A stretch of 32,000 nt of DNA, taken from sequence record OR253907.1; one strand, given 5' to 3'. Each line of letters opens with the position of its first letter. The stretch's first letter is position 1. The translations under genes were made by a program, and so were the position numbers. The notes under the pieces are model-generated. The model ran no database searches. It saw only the letters and a program-made list of their open reading frames with translations, and was not told where the DNA came from. This DNA is from Microbacterium phage Guetzie. This document shows positions 1 to 8,836 of this stretch, piece after piece.

Positions 1-4
1 GATC

Positions 5-253
5 GTGACTTACGAGGGAGACCTGGCCGTCTCTGGCGACGCGCTGGGCTGGGACAACCAGTTCGGCCTCTACTGCGCTGCTGGCAGCGTGGAGGCGTCG
101 TTCAACTTGGCCAAGGCCGTCATGGAGGCGCTGCACGGGCAGCGCGTAGGCGACAGCACCCTCGCGGCGTCCATGGGCTACACCGGAGCCCAGGTCGAGG
201 GGCACTACGAGTCCCAGGTAACTATCCAGACACATCAAGGAGGTATATCATGA
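5..253 (+). CDS. Small phage structural-region protein, possibly truncated at the window edge
   Basis: Open from the window start (GTG at 5, true start may lie upstream); stop TGA overlaps the next ATG (ATGA, 250-253). Confidence 0.5.
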   Translation: MTYEGDLAVSGDALGWDNQFGLYCAAGSVEASFNLAKAVMEALHGQRVGDSTLAASMGYTGAQVEGHYESQVTIQTHQGGIS

Positions 254-480
254 CCCGAGGAATCGTGGTCGACCACAAGGAGACCGGCGTGCGTTACGCG
301 GTGTCCGAGCGGAACTTCAACGAGAAGGTCCACAAGAAGGTTCGCGACCTGAAGCCGGGCGAGTCGGTCATCGGCTACCAGCCCCGGCGCAAGAAGCCCG
401 TCGGGCAGCAGCCCGCCCCCAGCCACACCGAGGGGTCCTCAGCCGAGGGCACCAAGGAAGCCAAGAAGGAAGGAAACTGA
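250..480 (+). CDS. Hypothetical small basic protein in tail operon
   Basis: ATG overlapping upstream stop; 76 aa; ends just before the next gene. Confidence 0.65.
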   Translation: MTRGIVVDHKETGVRYAVSERNFNEKVHKKVRDLKPGESVIGYQPRRKKPVGQQPAPSHTEGSSAEGTKEAKKEGN

Positions 481-481
481 C

Positions 482-979
482 ATGGCTATCACCCAGTGGA
501 ACCCCTCGACTCAGATCAGTCGGGGCAACGTCGCGGTCGGCGTAGCGCCTGCCGTGGAGGACATCAACGCTCCGGTGCTTTCCGAGCTTGATGCAGGCAT
601 CGGCCTGGACTGCTCCATCACCACGATGAACGGCACGTCCAGCACCGACTCGGAGAGCATCGACTGGCTCTGCGACCCGGCGAGCGAGCAGCTTCCGGGC
701 AGCACGACCCACTCCATCGATGACCTCCTCATCAAGGCCACGGGCCAGGCGGACGAGGACCTCATCACGGGCCTCAACATCGGCGACGTCGTGTACATCT
801 GGCGTCGTGATGGTGTCGCGCACGAGACCGCGCTGGCAGCCAGCCAGAAGGTCTGGGTCTGGAAGGCCATCATCACGTCCATCGACCCGGCGGAGGCGAA
901 CAACACGTTCGTCGGCATCACCGCTCACGTCACGGTCCTGGCCCGCTCGGTGACGGCTGTCGCCATCGCTGCGGCCTGA
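482..979 (+). CDS. Major tail protein candidate
   Basis: 165 aa, positioned immediately before the tail assembly chaperone genes and tape measure; beta-rich composition. Assignment is by synteny. Confidence 0.6.
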   Translation: MAITQWNPSTQISRGNVAVGVAPAVEDINAPVLSELDAGIGLDCSITTMNGTSSTDSESIDWLCDPASEQLPGSTTHSIDDLLIKATGQADEDLITGLNIGDVVYIWRRDGVAHETALAASQKVWVWKAIITSIDPAEANNTFVGITAHVTVLARSVTAVAIAAA

Positions 980-1006
980 CCCCGACCCGACAGGTAGGAG
1001 AACACC

Positions 1007-1561
1007 ATGTCATTCAACAGCTACGAAGAGCTCATGCAGGCAGTGGAGGAGCGTCGTCAGGACGTTCTGACACTGGAGGTCGACCTTGGTTCCGCGTACT
1101 CGCAGGAGCACGAGGATGCCAAGAAGGAGCTCGCCCAGGCCAAGGCGCTGAAGCAGCTTGCCGGGAACCAGGAGTTCCTCGGTGACAACGTCGCAGCGCT
1201 CGAGGCTCGTGTGGCCGAGACCAAGCCCGAGGCCCGTTCGGTCTTCGTGCGGTTCTCGCGCCTGAAGCTGGGCGAGTGGGCCATGCTCGTGAAGCAGGCC
1301 GGTCTGACCCCCGTTGACCAGTACGAGAAGGTTCTCCCCAAGACGTTCATCGGCGTCTGGGGCCAGGACCCCACGGTGGAAGTGGAAGGTGTGCTCCCGG
1401 AGCCGCTGTCCACGGATGCCGCGCTCCTCAGCAGCAAGGGTGACAAGGGCATCCTCCCTGGCGGAATGCTGCACCAGGTAGTTCAGGCATTCATGGCCTG
1501 GCAGAACTCGTCGGGGGACATCACCATCCGCCCTACGAAATCGGGCCTCGTCTCGCACTAG
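1007..1561 (+). CDS. Tail assembly chaperone, upstream product
   Basis: 184 aa ORF preceded by AGGAGAACACC-ATG; located between major tail protein and tape measure; followed by an overlapping ORF in the -1 frame. Confidence 0.75.
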   Translation: MSFNSYEELMQAVEERRQDVLTLEVDLGSAYSQEHEDAKKELAQAKALKQLAGNQEFLGDNVAALEARVAETKPEARSVFVRFSRLKLGEWAMLVKQAGLTPVDQYEKVLPKTFIGVWGQDPTVEVEGVLPEPLSTDAALLSSKGDKGILPGGMLHQVVQAFMAWQNSSGDITIRPTKSGLVSH

Positions 1562-1944
1562 TGCTTGACATGGCCCTGGAATCCGGGCGACCCCCGCTTC
1601 GCCTCCTTGACGAGGGTAGCCCGGATTCCTGGCAAGAGCTAGACCTCGAGGTTGTCGCTCAATGGAAACACATGAAGGAGGTCAAGTGCCCCGGCTGCGG
1701 TCGCCCGCTGGCTGAGCACTTGCACAACTCAACATTGGGAAGGGAAGAGGCAATCGAGGACTACGAGGTATTCTCGGTTGACTGCCCGGCTCAGCAGGCC
1801 ATAGCAGGCGGTCAGTCCGCCTGGCGGCAGGCGAACAAGGGAGCCATCGACAGCCACATGAAGGGCAACGGTCCGGACCCCAGCATGGGCGTCTACTGGC
1901 TTACCAAGCGTCCAGGCGAACGCCTCCCCATCCCCGAACAGTAA
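1561..1944 (+). CDS. Tail assembly chaperone, downstream part (probably made as a -1 frameshift fusion)
   Basis: Frame is open from 1444, so upstream of the nominal GTG at 1561; contains CPGCGRPLAEH; -1 relative to 1007..1561. Confidence 0.65.
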   Translation: MLDMALESGRPPLRLLDEGSPDSWQELDLEVVAQWKHMKEVKCPGCGRPLAEHLHNSTLGREEAIEDYEVFSVDCPAQQAIAGGQSAWRQANKGAIDSHMKGNGPDPSMGVYWLTKRPGERLPIPEQ

Positions 1945-1966
1945 CCAGCCCAGGAAAGGAGACCCA

Positions 1967-4375
1967 ATGGCCGACAACGATGTACGCATCAAGCTCTCGC
2001 TTGACGGTTCCGACGATGTGCAGAAGGGTCTCAAGGGCGTCGGAGACGAGGCTGGCAAGGCCGACTCCAAGCTGGGGGGCATGGTCAAGGGCGGTCTGAA
2101 GGGTGCCGGGGCTGCCCTGGTAGGCTTCGCGACCGCTGCCGTGGCAGCAGGCGGGGCGCTTACTGCTGGCGTCATCAGCGCATATGCTGACTACGAGCAG
2201 AACATCGGTGGTATCGAGACGATGTTCAAGGACGCGTCCGGTACGATGAAGCAGTACGCGGACGACGCGTATCGCACGGCAGGTCTCTCCGCCAACGACT
2301 ACATGAGCCAGGTCACCAGCTTCTCGGCTGCGCTCATCCAGGGTCTTGGCGGAGACACCGCTGCGGCTGCCGAAGCCGCGAACACGGCCATGATTGACAT
2401 GTCCGACAACGCGAACAAGTTCGGGTCCAACATCACGGACATCCAGAACGCCTACCAGGGCTTCGCGAAGCAGAACTACACCATGCTCGACAACCTGAAG
2501 CTCGGGTACGGTGGAACGGCTGCCGAGATGGCACGCCTTATCAACGACTCCGGTGTCATGGGCGACACCTTCGAGGCCACGGCCACGAACATGAACGAGG
2601 TCTCGTTCGACAAGATCGTCGAGGCCATCCACACCGTCCAGACCGAGATGGGCATCGCTGGCACCACGGCACTCGAGGCCGAGCAGACCATCTCCGGCTC
2701 CATCGGCATGCTGCAGAGCAGCTTCGCGAACCTGCTGACGGGCCTTGGCAGCGCCGACGCTGATGTGGCCACGCTGGCAGGCAACGTCCTTGACTCGCTG
2801 GAGCTGGTGGTTACTAACATCACCCCGGTGATCGAGAACCTCGGCGCGAACATGGCGACCCTCGGCCCCAAGCTGGGCGAGATGATGGAGTCGCTGGTCG
2901 GCGCTGTCGTCTCGGCCATCCCGGCCGTCCTTGACGCTGGTGTGGCCCTTATCGGCGGGCTGATCCAGGGCATCAGCAGCGCGCTCCCCGGTCTTATCAC
3001 GGCTGCTGTCCCGGCGCTGGTGGGCCTCGTGCAGATGCTCGCCGAGCAGGCTCCCATCCTGATCAAGGCTGGCGTAGACGCCATCGTGGCTCTGGGAGAA
3101 GGCATCGCCGAAGCCCTGCCCACGCTTATCCCCGTGGTCGTGCAGGGTCTCCTGGACGTGGTGGCTGCCCTGGTGGAGAGCCTCCCGCTGCTGCTGGAGA
3201 CCGGCCTCCAGATCGTCATGGCGCTGGCCCAGGGTCTCATGGAAGCCCTGCCCCTGCTGATTGAGCAGCTTCCCACCATCCTGCTCTCCATCGTGGACTT
3301 CATCATCCAGGGTGTCCCCATGCTTATCGAGGCGGGCCTCCAGCTCTTCACGAGCCTTATCGGGGCGCTGCCCGAGATCATCACCACGATCGTAGCTGCG
3401 CTGCCCACGGTAATCACGGCTGTCATCGATGCTGTCCTGGGGGCTATCCCGCTGCTCATTGACGCGGGCATCCAGCTCATCACCGCGCTGGTTACGGCTC
3501 TCCCCGAAATCATCCAGGCCATTGTCGCCGCCATTCCGCAGATTATCACTTCGGTCCTGGACGCTATCTTCAACAACATTCCGCTCCTGATTGATGCAGG
3601 TATCCGCCTTATCACCAGCCTGATCGGTGCCCTGCCCCAGATCATTTCCACGATCGTGGCAGCTATTCCGCAGATCATCAGCGGGGTGCTGAGCGCGGTC
3701 TTCAATAGCATTCCTCAGCTCATCATGGCTGGTGTCAAGCTGCTGACCAGCCTGGTGACCAACGTGCCCAGCATCCTGGGAACCATCCTGGGAGCCGTGG
3801 GCAACATCCTGTCGGGCATCGTACGAGCTGTCATCAACGGCATCGGCGGCATGATCTCGGCTGGTGGCGACCTGGTGCGCGGTCTCTGGGACGGTATCTC
3901 GGGGGCTGCGGGCTGGCTGTTCAACAAGATCGGCGGCTTCGTCAACGACGTGATGGGCAACATCGGCTCGTTCTTCGGCATCAACTCGCCGTCCCGGCGC
4001 ATGCGCGACGAGATCGGTCAGTTCCTGCCCCCCGGCATCGGCGAGGGTGTCGAGCAGCACGCCGACGAGGCCATCGACCCCATCACCGACATGAACAAGC
4101 GCATCATGAAGGAAGCCCAGCAGCTCCCTGACCTCGCGATGAACCAGTCGGTCACCCAGTCCTTCACCCAGTCCTTCGTCCCGACCCTGGCGACCGCCCA
4201 GGCTACGGCCACACCAGTCGGGCTCGGGGCGGCTGCGCCCAGCGTCACCATCTCTGGTCCCCTGGTTAGTGTGGCCGAGATGAGCGTGCGCTCCGACCAG
4301 GACATCCGGACATTGTCCACTCAGCTCCGCACCGACATGACGCGCGAGCTGCGAGCGCAAGGAGTACTCCAGTGA
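1967..4375 (+). CDS. Tape measure protein
   Basis: 802 aa, N-terminal TMP-like region (IGGIETMFKDASGTMKQYADDAYRTAGLSANDYM), long hydrophobic helical repeats, C-terminal SPSRRMRDEIG motif. Confidence 0.93.
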   Translation: MADNDVRIKLSLDGSDDVQKGLKGVGDEAGKADSKLGGMVKGGLKGAGAALVGFATAAVAAGGALTAGVISAYADYEQNIGGIETMFKDASGTMKQYADDAYRTAGLSANDYMSQVTSFSAALIQGLGGDTAAAAEAANTAMIDMSDNANKFGSNITDIQNAYQGFAKQNYTMLDNLKLGYGGTAAEMARLINDSGVMGDTFEATATNMNEVSFDKIVEAIHTVQTEMGIAGTTALEAEQTISGSIGMLQSSFANLLTGLGSADADVATLAGNVLDSLELVVTNITPVIENLGANMATLGPKLGEMMESLVGAVVSAIPAVLDAGVALIGGLIQGISSALPGLITAAVPALVGLVQMLAEQAPILIKAGVDAIVALGEGIAEALPTLIPVVVQGLLDVVAALVESLPLLLETGLQIVMALAQGLMEALPLLIEQLPTILLSIVDFIIQGVPMLIEAGLQLFTSLIGALPEIITTIVAALPTVITAVIDAVLGAIPLLIDAGIQLITALVTALPEIIQAIVAAIPQIITSVLDAIFNNIPLLIDAGIRLITSLIGALPQIISTIVAAIPQIISGVLSAVFNSIPQLIMAGVKLLTSLVTNVPSILGTILGAVGNILSGIVRAVINGIGGMISAGGDLVRGLWDGISGAAGWLFNKIGGFVNDVMGNIGSFFGINSPSRRMRDEIGQFLPPGIGEGVEQHADEAIDPITDMNKRIMKEAQQLPDLAMNQSVTQSFTQSFVPTLATAQATATPVGLGAAAPSVTISGPLVSVAEMSVRSDQDIRTLSTQLRTDMTRELRAQGVLQ
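3050..3763 (+). repeat. Five tandem 132-bp (44-aa) repeats plus a partial sixth inside the tape measure gene
   Basis: Units start APILIKAG (3050), LPLLLETG (3182), VPMLIEAG (3314), IPLLIDAG (3446), IPLLIDAG (3578), partial IPQLIMAG (3710), each exactly 132 bp apart. Confidence 0.85.
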
Positions 4376-5145
4376 GCTTCCAGCTTGGCACGTTCGCCAC
4401 CGACGACATCCCCGGCTTCAAGGCCATCCTCCGGGAGTGGCCCAGCCTGCCCGTCGACCTGCACCTGGACGACCTGCCCGCTGGCGACGGTGCCCTGTTC
4501 TACCGTGCCCGGATGACGGAGACCGAGTGGGTCTTCCGGCTGGAGCTGACCGGTGACGACGTCGCCTCGGTGCTGGCCAAGGCCGACCAGGTGTCCTCCG
4601 CCCTGAACCCCAAGGTTCACGGGCTGCAGGACTTCACCCCGAACGCTGCTGGCGACTGGGTCTGGCAGGGCGTCCTCGGTAGCGCCATCTCGTGGGAGCG
4701 GGACAGCATCATCTGGTTCGCACAGGACGGTGTCTGCCGCCTGGCGGGCGAAGCGGTCGTGGTGACCCCTAACCCCTACGGATACGCCACGGGGTCGCCC
4801 ACGGTCCTCTCTAGCTCCGTAGAATCGGTGCTGCCCGTGGGGGGTAACACCAGCGCCTTCCCCATCGTGGAGTTTCGGGGAGTGCTGAACACCGTGCAGG
4901 CGTTCACGCTGAACGGGATGCAGGTATCCGGGCCTCTCACGGCAGCCCAGACGCTCGTCCTGGACTTCGAGCAGATGGACTTCTACATCAAGACCACGGC
5001 GACCGGGGCCAAGGTGCGAAACGTCGCCGACCGCTTCACTAACTTCCAGCGGCTGGAAGGCACCGACAGCATCTCGCTGACGGCAGGCGTCACCGCTGGC
5101 ACCTTCACCAGTGCGACAGCACGCGTCAACTCGAGGAGAATCTGA
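4372..5145 (+). CDS. Distal tail / minor tail protein
   Basis: 257 aa directly after tape measure; starts ATGA overlap? start overlaps the upstream stop region; Dit-like order in siphovirus tail operons. Confidence 0.7.
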   Translation: MSFQLGTFATDDIPGFKAILREWPSLPVDLHLDDLPAGDGALFYRARMTETEWVFRLELTGDDVASVLAKADQVSSALNPKVHGLQDFTPNAAGDWVWQGVLGSAISWERDSIIWFAQDGVCRLAGEAVVVTPNPYGYATGSPTVLSSSVESVLPVGGNTSAFPIVEFRGVLNTVQAFTLNGMQVSGPLTAAQTLVLDFEQMDFYIKTTATGAKVRNVADRFTNFQRLEGTDSISLTAGVTAGTFTSATARVNSRRI

Positions 5146-7568
5146 TGGCTGAGTACTCTCGCGCCACCAGTCGGGGCGACTGGACAGGTGAATGGGATCC
5201 CAGCGCGGTCACTCAGGTGCTGCTGCGCATGGACTCGTTCATCGGCAGCGGCGACCCCCGGCCTACCCCCGACAGCTCGGGCAAGAACCGGGATGCCTAC
5301 GTGGTCAACTACGCGGGCAGCGACGCTGTCGCCGTGGCTACCCCGTGGGGCACCGGCATCCGCATGAACGAAGCTGGGGCCAGCCAGGAGACCTCGGTTC
5401 GCGTGGAGAACGACGGCACCCTGTTCCCCACCAGCGGCTCGGTCATGGTGGGCACCTGGTTCCGGGGCAAGCTGGACCGCCAGTGGAACCCCGTGCTGTC
5501 TACCCGGAACACCCCCGGCGCTCACCCGCTGCTGCACCTGAACGTGAACACCAGCGCAAGCGGTCCCCAGCTCAACTATCGCTTCTACGACACGGCTGGC
5601 AACCAGGTCGTCAACGAGTGGCTGACCCCGGTCCTGGAGGCCGACAAGTGGTATTGGATCGGCGCGGTGATGGACATCACGCTGGGCACCTGGTCGGTCT
5701 ACGTGGTAAGCTACGAGACCGGGGCTGTCCTCAGCGCCAGCGGAACCGCCAGCCTGAACGCGGCCTGCACTGCTCATCTGGATGTGGCCTTCGGGCCTGC
5801 GGGCGAATGGGCACGCTCCATCGCGGACGAGGTCGTGGTGGTTGCCCCCTTCACCGGGAACGCGGGCCAGCTTGCCCAGCGCGCTCGCCTCGCAGACGGA
5901 GCCGTGGACGCGACCCAGGCCGACACGGGGACGGTCATCGGCCGTATCTCCCCCCGGCCTACTGCATCTCTCCCTGTCGTCGCCCACACTCGCGCCATGC
6001 CTGGCCAGTGGGGCACCGACACCCCGATGATTACGTTGAACGGCCAGGGCGCGACGGTGCGCTACCGGACGTCCAACAACCTGACCACCTGGGGCGCGTG
6101 GAAGAACGCCTCCCAGATCGAGACCGAGCCGAACGCGGCATGGATCCAGTACGAGGTGACGTTGGCTGCGGCCGACAGCTACCTGGACGACATCCTGCTC
6201 AGCACGGCTCCCCCGCCGACCCCGCCCCTGCCGTCCACCCGGCCTGTCGAGCCGTTCTCCCTCGACCCGCTGCTGGTGGTACCGAGCGGGGGCGGGGTCC
6301 TTCTCCAGGACACCCTGCTGTCGTGCAAGACCTTCGACACCAGCAGCAACGAGAGCACGCTGGAGTTCTCCGTTAGCCTGGCCGACCCCAAGGCCACACT
6401 CATGGAGAGCGAAGCGCCCATCCTGTTCAAGGGGCGTCACTATGTGGCCCGAGGCGTAACCACTCGCCGTTCCAAGAACGAGGCCATCGTCGAGGTCTAC
6501 GCCGAGCGGAACTGGTACGACCTGCTCTACGCTGGGCAGATTGACCCCCAGACGTGGACGGGCAGCGCCTTCGATGTCATGAGCAGCATCCTGGCAGGGA
6601 CCGACTGGTACGTCGGCCAGGTTGACCCGACTGCGGTGCTGGGCTGGGAGAACGACTCCACGACGGTGCTGGGCATGCTGAAGCAGATCGCTAAGGTGTA
6701 CGGGGGCGACCTCGTCTTTGACGACAAGACCCGCTTCGTCCACTTGCTGAACCAGGGCGGTCGTGACCGGGGCACGTACTTCGACTACGTCAACGGCATC
6801 TCCAGCGCGGTCCGCCGGGAGGACACGACGAACCTGGTGACCCGGCTGTACGGCCGGAACGCTGACGGCCTCACCATCGCACCGGCCAACGGCGGAGTCG
6901 ACTACATCGAGGACTTCACCTGGACCGACCAGGTTCGCGTCAGCACGTACGACTTCAAGTCGGGCATGACGCCTCAGGCCATGATGCGCTTCCTGACTGC
7001 GTTCCTGGCAGACCGGGCCAAGCCCACGCTCTCCTACGAGTATCAGGTGTCGGGCCTTGTTGACCGCGTGGAAGAGGTTGACCGCTTCGAGGTTCTGGAC
7101 ATTGTGTTCGTCATGGACGAGGACTACGGCCAGTCGGTCAAGAACCGCGTGGTGCAGCTTGACATCGACTGGGTCGATCTGCGCAAGAGCAAGATCACCC
7201 TCGCGAACAAGCTGCGGAGCCTTGCCAGCAGCGACGACAGCAGCGACCCCGGCGCGCTGACCACGGGCCAGACCATCGACACGCGCGACATCAACCCGTT
7301 CAACCTGCTGGTGAACAGTCGTGGCGACAATGGGATGGCGCACTGGGCAGGCCAGAACGTGTCCGTCGTGGAGGGCGGGGCGACTGGCCGGTACTCGTTC
7401 GCCTTCGGGGCTGCTGGCGGCTCCCTGGAGCAGACCGTCACCAGCGACAACCGGGACAGCTTCGTCTTCTCCGCCCAGGTGGATGCCGACACCGATGCCG
7501 CCCTGCAGATTGAAGTGACCTTCCAGTACACGGACGGCACTTCCGAGACCCAGACCCTGGAGCTGTGA
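5145..7568 (+). CDS. Minor tail protein with N-terminal LamG/concanavalin-like region and Gp37/tail-endopeptidase-like region
   Basis: 807 aa; start overlaps previous stop; central region SKNEAIVEVYAERNWYDLLYAGQIDPQTWTG...VRREDTTNLVTRLYGRN typical of siphovirus tail tip proteins. Confidence 0.75.
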   Translation: MAEYSRATSRGDWTGEWDPSAVTQVLLRMDSFIGSGDPRPTPDSSGKNRDAYVVNYAGSDAVAVATPWGTGIRMNEAGASQETSVRVENDGTLFPTSGSVMVGTWFRGKLDRQWNPVLSTRNTPGAHPLLHLNVNTSASGPQLNYRFYDTAGNQVVNEWLTPVLEADKWYWIGAVMDITLGTWSVYVVSYETGAVLSASGTASLNAACTAHLDVAFGPAGEWARSIADEVVVVAPFTGNAGQLAQRARLADGAVDATQADTGTVIGRISPRPTASLPVVAHTRAMPGQWGTDTPMITLNGQGATVRYRTSNNLTTWGAWKNASQIETEPNAAWIQYEVTLAAADSYLDDILLSTAPPPTPPLPSTRPVEPFSLDPLLVVPSGGGVLLQDTLLSCKTFDTSSNESTLEFSVSLADPKATLMESEAPILFKGRHYVARGVTTRRSKNEAIVEVYAERNWYDLLYAGQIDPQTWTGSAFDVMSSILAGTDWYVGQVDPTAVLGWENDSTTVLGMLKQIAKVYGGDLVFDDKTRFVHLLNQGGRDRGTYFDYVNGISSAVRREDTTNLVTRLYGRNADGLTIAPANGGVDYIEDFTWTDQVRVSTYDFKSGMTPQAMMRFLTAFLADRAKPTLSYEYQVSGLVDRVEEVDRFEVLDIVFVMDEDYGQSVKNRVVQLDIDWVDLRKSKITLANKLRSLASSDDSSDPGALTTGQTIDTRDINPFNLLVNSRGDNGMAHWAGQNVSVVEGGATGRYSFAFGAAGGSLEQTVTSDNRDSFVFSAQVDADTDAALQIEVTFQYTDGTSETQTLEL

Positions 7569-7569
7569 C

Positions 7570-7758
7570 ATGGCCGTTCGCCGCGCTATCGTGCGCAATC
7601 CCAACACCTTCAAGCAGACGCTGACGATCAAGGTGAAGGTGACCACGGCGGACGGCGACGTGAAGGTAACCGACCTCATCCTGCAGGCTGGCAGCACCGG
7701 CACCGGCTGGGTCCCCAACGTGACCGAGATGCCCTGGACGGCTGGGGTGGTGAGCTAG
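7570..7758 (+). CDS. Small tail-tip region protein
   Basis: 62 aa, packed between minor tail genes; shares the VKVTxADGDVKVTDLxLxAGSTxxxWxPxV pattern with the next ORF. Confidence 0.65.
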   Translation: MAVRRAIVRNPNTFKQTLTIKVKVTTADGDVKVTDLILQAGSTGTGWVPNVTEMPWTAGVVS

Positions 7759-8358
7759 ATGGCGTTCATCCGCACCTTCGGCCAGCTCAAGCCCTCCAAG
7801 GACGTTGCTGGTGTGGCCGTCAAGATCACCGCCCAGGCGGAAGCCAAGGTGACCGACATCCAGCTCAACCCCGGAAGCAGCCTGTTCTCCTGGTCCCCGA
7901 TGGTGGGCGACCTGGCGCTGGTGCCTGCCCCGACCTGGCGATACATCAACGGCATGGTGCAGTCCGACTATGACACTTGGGTCATGGCCGACGAAGACCA
8001 GGCTTCGCCCTACATGGGCGTCTTCTACCCCGTGGCAGCCCAGAACGTTGACTGGGGGCTGCTGCACCTTGGGGAGATCAACTCACGGGAGGAGTTCAAT
8101 GGTTATGAGTACTCAACCAGCACCGGAGCCGGGGTCACCCCGCATCACACTGCCCGAGCTGATCAGAGGCTGGGCCTCGAAACGGATGGTATCATGTCGG
8201 CCATCGTTGCCATCCGTGGCATCCATGCCGACCCTGGAAGCAACGTCCGTTCCGACCTGGGCACCGTCACAGGTGCTCACGCGGAAGGCTGGTCTGCGGT
8301 GTGGGCCTGGCATGAGACTTGGGAAGACGTCCTAACTGATCACGAGGAGTGGGCATAA
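7759..8358 (+). CDS. Minor tail / tail-tip associated protein
   Basis: 199 aa, contiguous with flanking tail genes. Confidence 0.65.
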   Translation: MAFIRTFGQLKPSKDVAGVAVKITAQAEAKVTDIQLNPGSSLFSWSPMVGDLALVPAPTWRYINGMVQSDYDTWVMADEDQASPYMGVFYPVAAQNVDWGLLHLGEINSREEFNGYEYSTSTGAGVTPHHTARADQRLGLETDGIMSAIVAIRGIHADPGSNVRSDLGTVTGAHAEGWSAVWAWHETWEDVLTDHEEWA

Positions 8359-8834
8359 TGCCTCTGGAGAACCCTGCTGCACCGGCCTACGGGCCGAACA
8401 CCTTCACAGCCCTGGAGGCTGCCCTGGCCACACTGTACGACAATGACGAGTACCTGGAAGACCTTATCGACAACCTGAACCCGGCACCCAGCGTCACCAA
8501 GGCTGCTATCACGCTGGCCTCAGGCTACTCGAACAACTCGTCCTATGTGTCCTCCGAGGCGATCAAGATCGGCAACCTGGTGACCATCGACCTCGGCCTG
8601 GTCAACTGCCCGTCCAGCATCAGCGGGAACAGCTACTTCACCCTCGGCACCATGCCGGTCGGCTACCGTCCGACGGGCAAGCACCGGATGGGCGTCGGCA
8701 TGATCTACGCTGCCACGGCCATGAAGCCCGTGCAGCTCCGCCTGAACACCGACGGCAGCATCAACTACCTGTCCGCCGAGACCGTCTCCGGGGCGAGCTA
8801 CCTGTTCGCCTCCGCTATCACGTTTGCGATCTGA
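8358..8834 (+). CDS. Minor tail / tail-fibre-like protein
   Basis: ATG at 8358 overlaps stop of upstream gene (TAATG); the track start 8349 is a GTG just upstream. C-terminal GYRPTGKHRMGVG...AMKPVQLRLNTDGSINYLS resembles fibre/tip C-terminal domains. Confidence 0.7.
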   Translation: MPLENPAAPAYGPNTFTALEAALATLYDNDEYLEDLIDNLNPAPSVTKAAITLASGYSNNSSYVSSEAIKIGNLVTIDLGLVNCPSSISGNSYFTLGTMPVGYRPTGKHRMGVGMIYAATAMKPVQLRLNTDGSINYLSAETVSGASYLFASAITFAI

Positions 8835-8836
8835 TC

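Noticed and set aside
1901-4360. 819-aa antisense ORF opposite the tape measure gene
   Set aside because: Shadow ORF from high GC third positions; the plus-strand frame encodes a clear tape measure protein with 44-aa repeats.
4983-7718. 911-aa antisense ORF opposite the minor tail gene
   Set aside because: Antisense shadow of a well-supported tail gene; no recognisable domain and no start signal.
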